Virus record (IMG/VR): IMGVR_UViG_3300012344_000018
Coordinates: 1 to 64,000 of that record
DNA from: a virus
Taxonomy: Duplodnaviria > Caudoviricetes
DNA: 64,000 bases
Reading direction: 5' to 3' (one strand)
A program made the translations under genes and the position numbers. The stretch's first letter is position 1. The number at the start of each line of letters is the position of its first letter. Under the pieces are notes generated by a model, which was not told the DNA's origin, made no database searches, and was given only the letters and a program-made list of their open reading frames with translations. Below are positions 42,801 to 50,800 of the stretch, piece by piece.

Positions 42801-44781
42801 CATAAACAATAATCTTATCATTGGCATTTCTTTGTTCAAGAAGAATATTACTAAGATTATATTGATTGCCTTGGAACTTATAATTACCATATTGAATTAA
42901 AGCTTCAGGAGAAAGTTTACCTTCAGCATCAGTACTCATTTCAGTTCCATTAAGAGCATTCATAAGATTAGTAAGCATAGAACTGTTTATAATGTCAGAA
43001 CTTTGATTACCAAGAACATTACGAGAATTAAATTGAAGAGCAATACTAGAATATGGTTCAAGAAGTCCAGCAAGTTCATTAGCATTAGCTATACTTTGTT
43101 GACTAATAATACTTTCGTGAGGAATAACTAATTTAGCATTAGGGTCTTCTTCAAGAGCAAATCTATATTTACGTTTAGCATCTTCATTTTCTTCTCTATA
43201 TTGTTGATTAAGAGTTGCAGCTTTGGCTGTGCTTGCTAAATTATTTATAAGAATATTAGCATTTGCTATAACACTAACTTTACCATTAATTTTATTAGTT
43301 CTAAGGAATGAACCAATAGAATTTTTATCCATATCAGGATAATATGTATGAAGAGCTTGAGATAAATTAGATTCTATACCACTAAAAGCTTCTTGCATAC
43401 GAATATCGTTGTTAGTCTTAAGTCCGCTATTATAACGAGTTATATATTTGTTTACAATATCTATAGCTTCCGTAGCATGATTCTCAAGATTAGTAAGAGA
43501 AGTGTGCTTAATATTATTTTGGAAACTAAATCTTAATGATTGAGTACGACTAGCTTCTTTATTAGAAGATATAGCATGGACTTCTTTGTTACCTTCAACT
43601 CTAGTTTCAGTTTTAGGCATAATACTTCTAATAAATTGACGTCTAAAAGAATAAGCAAAATCTTTATTAGATTTAAGTGTATCTACAAGTTTAATAAGAC
43701 CTGCCATTTCTTTATTATTATTAGCTATATTTTCAATAGACTTAATAAAAGAAGGAACATTATCTCTACTACATTGAGAAATAATTGTAGCAATAGCCTT
43801 TTTACCATCAATAAAATCTAATGTACCAAGAGGATTACTTCTATCATAAGAATATTTTCCATCAACTTTAGCTGTAGAAGTAAGTTTAGGAATAGTAAAC
43901 ATGATAAGTCTAACACTATCATCAATACCATTCATAAAATTACTACCCATACCACTATTATCATCCCATCTAGCAGTAGTAGTATCTACATCATATTCTT
44001 TATTAGTACCATCTACAAAGTCTTGATTATCATCATTGACAAATGTGTCTTCTGTTAAACCTTCTTCGTCAAATCTTTCATCAACAGAATCATCAGATTT
44101 AGTTCTAAGAAGACCAAGACGACTATCTCCAGCATATATTGCATTAAAGAATTTAGCTTTGTTAGTAAGCATTTCTTTAAACATAGCAAGAGTGTTTCTA
44201 TCTTCAATAGGAAGAGTTTGAAAATCTTTATCTATAGAAAGAAAATCTTCATTACTTTTATAGCTAAGAAGTTGATTTGTGGCTCTAAGTGTATTTTCTT
44301 TTGTACTAGGAACATTTCTAACTTTCATAAGTTTTGTAGCTAATTGTTTAGCAATAAACTTGATAGTTCTATTTGCATAATAATTAGCTCTATCATCTTT
44401 ATGGTCAGAATCTTTTCCTTTAAGAACATCAGATATATAGAAAGTCAAAATATTATTAGCAGCAACTCTATTAGCTGCAACTTTAGCTTGACTATTAGCA
44501 TAACCAAATCTCTGAATAGTATCAGCATATTTAGACTTACTAGTTTGATAAGCAACATTAAAATGTTTAGATTCATAGAAATCCATAGCATCTTTTGCTG
44601 CATCATCAGTTTTACGATAATCATCAAATTCTTTAGTAAATCCACTATCTGTATTAGGATTATAAACTAGAGCTGTAATAGTGTTAAACTTTACATTATT
44701 AACTCCACACATTTCTTTGAGACGGGTTCCAGTCTCAGTAGCAGCAAATCTTTTTGCATCTACATTACAACTACCATTCAT
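30874..44781 (-). CDS. giant virion RNA polymerase polyprotein (crAss-like two-barrel RNAP)
   Basis: 4635 aa; IPSDAP, DAQSYIT, IGYRIPTEG and the catalytic GSDFDIDS motif (~39600). Confidence 0.9.
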   Translation of the reverse strand: MNGSCNVDAKRFAATETGTRLKEMCGVNNVKFNTITALVYNPNTDSGFTKEFDDYRKTDDAAKDAMDFYESKHFNVAYQTSKSKYADTIQRFGYANSQAKVAANRVAANNILTFYISDVLKGKDSDHKDDRANYYANRTIKFIAKQLATKLMKVRNVPSTKENTLRATNQLLSYKSNEDFLSIDKDFQTLPIEDRNTLAMFKEMLTNKAKFFNAIYAGDSRLGLLRTKSDDSVDERFDEEGLTEDTFVNDDNQDFVDGTNKEYDVDTTTARWDDNSGMGSNFMNGIDDSVRLIMFTIPKLTSTAKVDGKYSYDRSNPLGTLDFIDGKKAIATIISQCSRDNVPSFIKSIENIANNNKEMAGLIKLVDTLKSNKDFAYSFRRQFIRSIMPKTETRVEGNKEVHAISSNKEASRTQSLRFSFQNNIKHTSLTNLENHATEAIDIVNKYITRYNSGLKTNNDIRMQEAFSGIESNLSQALHTYYPDMDKNSIGSFLRTNKINGKVSVIANANILINNLASTAKAATLNQQYREENEDAKRKYRFALEEDPNAKLVIPHESIISQQSIANANELAGLLEPYSSIALQFNSRNVLGNQSSDIINSSMLTNLMNALNGTEMSTDAEGKLSPEALIQYGNYKFQGNQYNLSNILLEQRNANDKIIVYGLFKKIGDKYAPTAYARQLLNISLFNGAGNPNTGENVLYSGMSKGDYVYTGFANFFNTEKDFDSDNKYDINLANYFMRIPSDAPKNFIVRAARYAYHDANYGDLFTIENNAEVEAAINKVLTDIPKVEKSPTEAQLKQFIKVESREDYNQMIRDLRATRINRRKIRDYQILKDTNHKGSYRNGDNITIGYTYTDELGNQERYVLQGKAEFDADNNVYITNAKPYHIGNEFGSDVRQSLVSNIRREANRTGKIGDVIIDKQININHPLFQQYRNVFIQELTDMAHNINQWFVTDANGRIQRWQEGESPDHKFGEPKFKEGWGFDEESARKAYAVYEVGKGHKHFVEYNDKTKGLTFTGRLFKDDRFSITNNDGTTTNVAQNLMNELFSSLYGGDIDAYIPFTSDGDKVQVNLSKEQNDKVTQMISKFITNYVNQQVEKFDTYKGLDVAGLINDQNVADFVLNNRLAYISFNDLFEGDTKFYKDTQTFLKRSKESQASGVPYGFCDYASDYASESLAVVGSPLNNGEIQKRFASFKNPIDVQQMTKFRGITIKNTIRTSEECKVIKQFPDGHTEGADGTLVKDLVKHAGLTIEQARDLMGGPIQYKSDGTPELNKDRSIKRGGGFTGTTVNDAQSYITFEEWVRRVAGRGQLTKYLPLIEKIQNDEPLSSGDIKEFVQVQKNFYYDQYFDPISKKFVPRQIKNAEFVLVPRFIRGTQLEQVYNLMKDNNIDQLNTEETSKAGKARVLEIFDSKTGEVTQEHIDDFNAHAQAYAEYYDYNHLYTQQETPQHMDAENKAGIQIMKKIIDNISPLSPLYAKKQEFFRLYSANIKDSFNTLADEINIPRDENGNIKFNDDGTISGIDYKMFFSKLKEECMRLGLDSNMMDYVTLIENEVVNPMTGRPNPNMPMILSNAISKLESVSQSVFNRNITRQKLPGFHAAQITNVGFKADKQHIVKGSTINKELKYHPNGKRYIEIMLPKSNFGFAKNEDGSYKEADEIRDENGNIIGGLLKQLQDASLDTLIGYRIPTEGKQSVCVMKVVGFLDDAQGSTIVVPDDWVSQTGSDFDIDSVYGIQYSSYVDKRGNIRKQSYSETLDIYDYANYVNRHLEKADKIKDKSVKAAFEQLNKEIDEQFEKSRKELSAEESEAYEALSDETKQLVKDAHTAFESQAVKNEKTGKLTKDSYLKQLQFVADYIRENKSNLDEADNNFISIHEDMVDSISNEYINKKNFKSDKAKAILQARIDKFNNAAKKLGLMTYDEYLSQNVENANTRNARNNRLLDDMIDILQSDESLEENLSRSNFDDIISARDKVINPVVKEIRKARSPYDFLEQADYQEDVMSGAKLKAFSVTRDTFVSVCNTVRPTINSDNTIQINYHYKDNKQLKELINRFGKDNVKDLGNSKCTITHTRIGWSEDNKNVDGRILTAYTSQTTAHILDAVKEGAIPNVNDFTFAVYKTLPDIGSNYDTTCAFIMQPAITRIVNEYNANKSIYVEETSKPIENAIKKLAIELNIGVTEEDSVQKAIDKINTVLKTNYSLTDNNRIILDYDDLAARINEEDGQTNPPVERLLFDLNILFAYNDINKLAQGISSLARVCNPDRFGAKQTIFATNKVFRDIETIVNGDNARQHSVLDVTKEDGSSISFLESIYPGLIVDNNGIKSYDLYHYMTQSIDSDSAYPSLHCFLKYATSTSTSINSMLFDTQANWFKDIIYSLEDSFSDNTRQINEKEYSDFQQYVLSGIYNNTPAIRMTVNPIFNQDGTFAQFSLNNDSDEIAERQRIFGYNASSDIKFAVNDIVYPTQKEIETFAKLTPAQKVAWLQVNTEDAGIFGLCKVNLFNQYEAQQTGQSKQTISFKDDTVDIETAYMMFDQAINSDNPLIKLAAIDMIKYAFVVENFKMRRNAINKFITNDSLKDNSLFGGVSLVKQILEEFNNKVSDYGVAEDYIRSHSDASFIYHKTETKTKVGKRLVNELNKNRKSRELLRFDLSDTTDLENTISELQGEINNETDEEERKRISKEIKDFKDRLNKLKEDRRLAIKYGVITDTSTRQIPNDFRSNSYVEIKTKKTADKEYRSILYKIQSIGTTVYAYPINKLDENETSGISLTKENNKFKPEAFYLDYINEIEKNNGENLELEDINELASKYNLGIKYKKLKNERVFDLNHPDKYNEGAARAAIQDIVAKYPTSNGKEFTIQNIYLSRMVNYRFGHQQHIVSNYIDAETGDDGTIDTNFVFRKYSPNEISRLGDLGIIVAPNTVVVKEVPKVENKNIILDTNEKKYATILDYSIDAYRDMSRRANEGDYEARRQVRKLGEKGFEGKKVQFSNEEEKVYGAISDYVRTKVEQVNSNLNQFFADENGHYHSVVEAETINYIRNNPMEQRRFLKTLLDARALITKYGDIVSVKVDKTKQSDNTINYIQKIQDNIKSLINSSNLEQAETLFATDYLAKLSDNPMIQNNIISVFDGFHSTSWFDAWVGDLQDSGNAFVQVITRNVMADIRAKEMQAMKRVESFNKELDKIFADARRDGVNLSFDDIIDKDGRSIRPYNEKFESDYKAIAKELREAKANRIDNPKDYILAQHKYDKFLLDHVNRRFVDDYYKELYDNDEEMIAHHMPIFEEYTKLRAQIAKINEGRINGVLDPADESKLKDLQSKILELRSTIDFNTYEEKESFVIGYPGARVNDKGEVIEIVDEERYRKARTNNYADCKALDNYLAKINEIRNKYNDNKVKKGFEEQLNKNLDIIETAEARDAYGRLRVPVSQLEANEDYKRAKAWLAANAKWTIDPDIQKEIHEAYKSLGYKGNRSEVFKAVTKKLVKEGKVTYDEYGRIDGSAYSDEYQQKIKEEAERKYDINKFGTCSDRILISNAPEDNTVYPTEIYRRMSSNGIPNEEYQKIVKQVNDILRPYYDVSTKHIETSQMTEEDLNKLYDAYQPLFAGIKKTVDGTNGKSIGWFIRNYVDLNSYNETAFNLERERAKAKGDKYYKAWERVNMMGIPKVDDKFQVVTDSEGNIVYDESKPRVPNRYLYSALKVDMDKYLKNKSGKKAAALRQEMEAKTKALNTIGKYLETVNTPYYEAELKKQRAKGDKEFKEWYERNHVYNPFTHLFEPTLIWRKTQVIPRYDNGTWTAGYSQTELEPKGAYKNANYREGLGNIDNYKKSTDTTYDSNKVLNSHQQRLLDYLNSTLRSLAKTESAKRYIGHGYMPMMSKGREHNARWWGSQFLEFLGYSDKLQNGRDPFYHIDYADDRTIDMPMLMKELRSKDSINIENIRKTKPNRTSYTDEEEYNKAMADYNARIEEAESKNKAIHEALMNRDYRTVISNFITQAAHFNAIQDNKYMLFYGKEMLDRMEVYEKNLGWSNLKRDGQRGAKDEINYLKQKDTRLQGQYENWIRRLIYNQFKESNANYTKAASVMQAFTSAKFMMLNITGGIGNITVGESSIAGEYIAKDFFDKSDYLKGKEMWVNAVPSFLRGLYNDKSTTLADAICKEFNVVDFDQLAGISDGNKLDAGTAFERFRNFLYSPNAMGEHFMQNGAMFSMMFANRLVPVADNVNRGKVAYRAMNRYEYIAKCHEDAMKQILDGTELEAKFNEFISSVKDDANKLKDYVFGRKDFTTEFAYLYLTGKYADKKKQFVDKKKELEKKAEIEFKKNPTIMEQLDLKDGKLAFKDGSILADLDAKSQDKEVSDAYRLLGEFKGKVISVNKEIHGVYDRLGAAQAEKNWWGSLAMQYHKHIYPGILKHFRRQGYFNEERGAMTIGCGPALLDFLSLPIRKMKAERELNDKQVEALESLQTLFKGYVDLASNFKTNWNILPRYQRAAILRAMGNACGAVAAVAVALATRCIWDDKELEDSTTANLLLYEADSLASQAMMYTPPFIFTEGKKLYSSPIAAQTMPSDLIKAMGIIAEGIIQGDDYNWDYTSGRYAKENKLFVLTTRQIPIYRAYSNIAGLDKSNSYYKLGKNVLGFIPVDDIANSIR

Positions 44782-44809
44782 AGCTTTAATTTTATTATTA
44801 TGTTAAACG

Positions 44810-44846
44810 AAAAAGTTCTAGAGGCTTTTAAAATGTCCTCTAGAAC
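44810..44846 (-). terminator. hairpin plus U tract between the two giant genes
   Basis: gttctagagg/cctctagaac stem with T5 on the minus strand. Confidence 0.55.
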
Positions 44847-44870
44847 CATGAATTGTTATTAATGAATAAT

Positions 44871-47800
44871 CTATCGACAAGTGATAGAAACTTCTCCTTG
44901 CTCTATCAGTGAAGCAAATTTGGCTTGTTCTGACAATGGAAGACTTGTAATAGAATCGAAAACTGTTGAATATGATGAAATACTTCTATCAGGAACAGAA
45001 GAATAATCTATATCTTCATCTTCATCAAATTCATCTTCTGTAACTTCATCAACATTATCATCTATAAGTCCATTATCTTCTGACTTATCTTCATCTTCTT
45101 CTGATTGAAGTGTTTCTTTAGGAATATCTTCAGTTTCACTTTCTTGTTGTGGTACAACATTATCAATTTTTGTTTGTTCAGTTTCATCTTCTTTAAAATT
45201 TAAAGTTCCTTCTTGACTTTTACTTTTAGTTTTTTTCTCATTACTAAATGCTTTAGCAAGAGTATTAAACTCTTTAGCTCTAAGAGATTCATCAGCTATA
45301 TCAAATCCAAATATATTATTGATAAACTCCATAATCCTTTGCCATATAGATTTAGTACCTTTATTAAGATGCTCACCTTCTACATGAACAGAATTAAGAT
45401 ATTGAATAAGACCTTCAGAAGTAAGACTTTCTACTATAAATTCTTCAATAGCAGTATCTTCTTTATTCTTATCAAGAAGCTTATCAAACTTATATTCAGC
45501 TATATGATTAATAAATTCTTTAGCATGATTTTCATCTTTGAAAATATTATCATGTCTAGCATTTACTTCATTGAATTTACCAGCAGCTAAATCAAGAATA
45601 TCAGCATCTATAGCTTGAGTAAAATCATCATAAATAGTTTTAAGTTGTCGTTTAGCTTTAGCTTTATTACGACTAGCATTAATTTGTTTATGAAGATTTT
45701 CATGAATTAAAACTCTAGCAGCACGATTACCACCACCAAGATTAGAATTAGAAGCTATATTAAGCCAATCTTTACCTACAACAATACTATTTGTTTTAGG
45801 GTCAAAATAAGCTACAACTCCAGGGTCACCATTTTCTTTAGTTTTTTCTGCTTGAATTGCTTCATCATCAAAAGTAATATTTTCAGGAAACAAACCATCA
45901 AGAACAGTTGAATATTTATGACCTTTAACTTTATTTTTAAGAGCTTCATAATTTTGTGTTGCTTGGTCTGACATTAATCGTTCTGCAATAGCTGCACCTT
46001 TAGAAACAATATCTTTATCGTTAAGTATATTAGTAATATCTGCTTGAAGAGTATCAGTAGGAGTAGATTCATCAAGTTCTTCTACGGGGGGGTTCTCTTG
46101 CTCTAGTTTATCATGTATCTCTATATTCAAAGTTTGATTACCACCTTGTTTTCTAATAGCAACTCTTCTATAATTAGAACTATTCTCTTGAGCTAAATCT
46201 ACTCTAAGAAGATTATTACCAATAAGAAATCCATTATAAGAACTAGTGTTTATATTAAAAGCATTATTTCCATTATAAGCAGAAATATTAATATGAAATC
46301 CTTCATTATCATAATGAATAAATTTATTCTTAATAGGCATACTTCTATTATTATCAGCAGCTACAAGAGTAGAATTTATATTAACTCTAGTATTTTCTCT
46401 AATATCATCTTCGAGTAAAAGTCTAGCTTCAGCAAATGCTACATTTCTTTTACCTTCAGAAGTTTCAACTTTAATCATATTAGGAACATTACCTAACTTA
46501 TTCTTAGCAAATAAAGTATATTTATTTCCATTATCACAAATAAGTTGAACATTTCCATAATTATCATAATAAACTCTTATACCAGCAAGAATGCCATTTT
46601 TATCAAAAGAATAAATATTAGCAATTAAATCTCTAACGTCATTCCAATCGTTAATATCTTTTATATTGTCAAGTCTTTCTTGAACTTGACCTATAACAGA
46701 TTCAACTAAAGTTTCAAGAACTTGATTTCTAGGTATTTCAGTTTCTCTACCATTATGAATATATGTCATTGGTCTAAGAGTAATAGGATAAGCTGCAACA
46801 TAATCAATAGTACCATTTGTATTAGGAAGACAAAGATATGTTTGATTATTTCTAGAACTTCCAGTAGTACCATAAGTTTGATTACCTAACCCAGATATTA
46901 AAACATAACCATTAGTACCTACACCAATATAAGCTTCTGTTCCAGCACTCAAAGCTGTTGCAATAGGAGCTGCAACTTCTGCTGTATTTCTAGTAGTTCC
47001 ATCTGTCTTAAGTTCTTTATCTTTAGCTCTTATTACTTCACCTTTAGACATCATACCTACAGTAATTCTAAACTCACCATCAGCAATCATATTAGCAGCA
47101 GATATTTCAGCTCTAAGTTTATTATAATAATTATCTATAGAACTACCTAAATCTTCATGAAATATATCAGTATCGTCTTTAAATTCATAATTATATCTCC
47201 ATATTTTAGCAATACCTTCTAAAGCTTTATCATAAGTAGAACCTTGTTCTTGATTTATTTTTAGAATACCAGCTTTAACTGCTTGTTGTATTCTAGGATG
47301 AGTTGCAAAAGCAGTAGCTAATTGTTTACGTTCTTCTTTTGTAAGTTTATCGAAAGCCGCTCTATAAACAATATCATCGAGAGTAGCAAAATCTCCTTCA
47401 CGACTAAGAACTTGTTTAAAGAAAGTTTTAGCAGCTCCATCATTCTCTTCTCTAGTTAAATCTAATTCATGTAACCAACAATCAGCAACTCTAGTATTTC
47501 TACCAGTAATGGGATTTACAGCAGATAATGCTTGCCAACCTATAGTAACACCATTATGTTTATAAAGAATAACTTGAGTGGATTTATTACCTTTATTACC
47601 TATTTCTACTTCAAGTTCATCTCCAGATTGAACTAAAGATAATTCTTTTTCAGCAGCTTTTATACCATCTTCGTCAAGAACTTCAGAAAGATTATTGATA
47701 TTAATCTGATTAAGATAATTACCAGTAATTCTTTCTATATTTCTTTGATAAGTAGTTTTATGACTATCTCTTAAATATCCAGCTCTATCTACTTGATTTT

Positions 47801-50800
47801 CATCAGTAAGAACAAATAATTGTTTTGCTTCATCAGTTTTAAGATAATTCTTAATAGCATCAAATATAAAATCAGAAGATTCAGCTCCTTGTGTTACATT
47901 TTCAACATATCTAAGAATATCTTCAAGACGACCATAATATTTTCCATTACGTAAAGGAAGATTTACATTAGAAGCATATTCCTTAAGAAAATCATTGGCT
48001 ACTTTATTATATTGTTGAGTAAGTTCATTAAATCTATCAAGTGCTTTATCAGCAGTCATTATAATTAAATCAGGAATAGAAGCAAATTTCTTACTCTTAG
48101 CTTTCATCATTTGTTGAACTTTCTCAGGAAGTTTAAACCACGTATCAGTCATTTCTTTAGCTTCTTCTTCACTAAATCCAAGTTTAACAGCTTCATCAAT
48201 ATATTCTTGTTTAGCAACAGATAAATCTAAATCAGGATTACTCTTAACATCATTAAGAATCTTTCTACTCATTCTATCTTTAAATTCATCTTGTTCTTCA
48301 AGAGTAGGACCTTTCTTTTCTTCAACTTTAGTTTCTTCTTTAGGTTTAGTCTGAGGCTCTTCTTCAGGTTTAGTTTCTTCTTCTGTTTGATTAGCTTGGT
48401 CATTAGATGTTTGACTTCCAGTTTCTATTGAGAACCCCCCCGTAGAAGAGTCTGCTGTATTTTCATTATCTTGAGTTTGTTCTTCTTTTTGTTTTTCAGC
48501 TTCTTCTAGAGATTTTTCATAAGCATCTACATCAGCTTGAGTACCAAGTTTACCTCTCTCAAAAGATACAACATTACCTTCATTATCAAATTTAACATAA
48601 GGGTTATAAACTATTTGAACTTCAGGATTAGTTGCAATATCAGTATTGGTATAAAATCTATCATCAGTAATACTTGTACCAGTAACTTCATAAGTTCCAT
48701 CTTCTCCAGCTATAAGTTCATATCCATTATCTACATTATTAGCTTTTGTAGGATTGCCATCAGTATCAAATTTGAAATCTATTGATTTCTTTGGTGTGAA
48801 CTCTTGTTTCTGTTGAGTAACATTCGTTTTTTGCTTATTTGCTGGCTTTGTATTCGATTGTTTATTATCAGATGATGAATTATCCACCGATTGTGATTCA
48901 GTGGATTCTGTATGCTTTTCTGTGTCTTTTTTTGTCGATGATTGATTATTACTTGTATTATCTTGACCATTAGTGTCAGTACTTGTATCTACACTATCAT
49001 CTTTAGTAGTATTATCATCAATAGTTTTATCTTCAGAATCTTTAGCTTTATTTCTAGCATCTTTAATCTTATTACGCATATTAAGTAACTCTTGAATCTG
49101 TTTTCCAAGACGATAATTAAGACCAGAATTAAGATGAAGTATATCAAGAGCTTCTTTAAAAGATGACTTTTCAGAAGTAGTCATAAAAGAAGTAGCCGCA
49201 TCAAAATCATCATTATTATCTACATAATAAGCATCAACTGCATTTTGAATAGATTTGTTTTGTTCATCATTATATTTATCTGCAAGTTCGTTAATAAGCT
49301 TATAACTATTATCAATAACTTTCTTTCTAGTTTCATTCATTGTGTTTTGAAGGAAACTTAATTCTTGAGAAAGAGTATCAGCATTAGTTACAAGTTGAGC
49401 TTGATTATATCTTCTATTAAGTTCTATATCAGAACGAGTAACAAGAAGTTTACTAAATGTATCACTAGGAAGACCAACTTTATCAGCTTTAACAATAAGA
49501 TTATTAATTTCAGTAGTACTAATATTATGTTTATTAAGTTGGTCTAAAACATTATCAGTACTTTCAAAATTAGCAAGTCTTTCATTAAACTTATATTTCT
49601 TAGCAAAAGCTTTAAAGTTAGCCACTATTTGAGCATCGGTTTGTTTTTCAGCACCAGTAACATCTTTACCTTTAAATATATTATCAAACTCTTCTCCTAT
49701 ATTAGTAGCATTTCTAACAATTTGACCATTTTCATCAAAATCAGAATTAATCATGTGAGCAACAGTTAGACGATATTCATTATCATCTAACATTTCACTA
49801 TATTCTTTAAGAGTTCTATCTATATTATCAATAGCTACTTTATCACTAAGAGTAAGCTTATTCTTCATAAGACGTTCCTCCCCGGCATAAAGTGCCGCCA
49901 TAGTATTGCTTATAAGAGCATGACTAGCAGCAGCTCTAAATTGTTCAGGAGTATATTTATTACCAAGAACTTTTTGAATATCTTCATTAGAAAAAGCATC
50001 AGCAATAAGTTTATCATATTGTTGTTCTCTAAGACCAAGAGCCTGAATAGTTTGTTGATACTTAACGTTATTGCTAGCAATTCCTTGAAGATATTCGATA
50101 GGAACTATATCATTCTTATGAGCTTTATTTAAAGCATTATTATCTACAAGATTAATAAGTTTAGATAAATTATTAGTATAACTATCAATAGTATTATCTA
50201 TCTTGACAAGAAGTCTTTGTTGATGTTCTTTAGATTCTGCTTCATTAATTACACCTTTATTTACCATAGCTTTACGAACTTCATCACTAGACATAAAAGC
50301 TTTAAGATAATCAAGATTACCTTTATGTGCAGCATTTAAAGTCATATCTGTAATAAAGTCATTATCTGCTTTTTGCTTAGCAGCAGATGTATCACTTTCG
50401 CCTTTTAGAGTTTTATCATCTTCTCCTATAGAATAAGGATTTTTTCCATCTTTAATTTGTTGAGCACGTTGAATATATCTATTAGTAATAGCAGACCAAC
50501 TATTCATATCTTCTCTACGAGACTTAATTTCTCCTAGTTCACTAATACTAAAAGGAGATTTCTTTTTACTTTCTCCAGTTTGACTATCAGGCTTAGCATT
50601 AGCTCTATCTTCTAATGTTTGTTGAAGTCTTCCAAAACCACTACCTAAATGTTGAAATACAACACCACCCATAACTCCCCAAAAAGCAGAATCATAAATA
50701 GCTCCACTCTGAAGATACTTTTGAAGACGATTGTCAAAAGAAGAATGTACATCTTCACCAAGAAGTTCTTTACCTACGTGCATACCTTCTTCTTGAGCAA

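Noticed and set aside
49875-49900. GC-rich patch cctccccggcataaagtgccgcc as a 17th motif copy
   Set aside because: It lacks the invariant CCCGTA core; at best degenerate, so not counted
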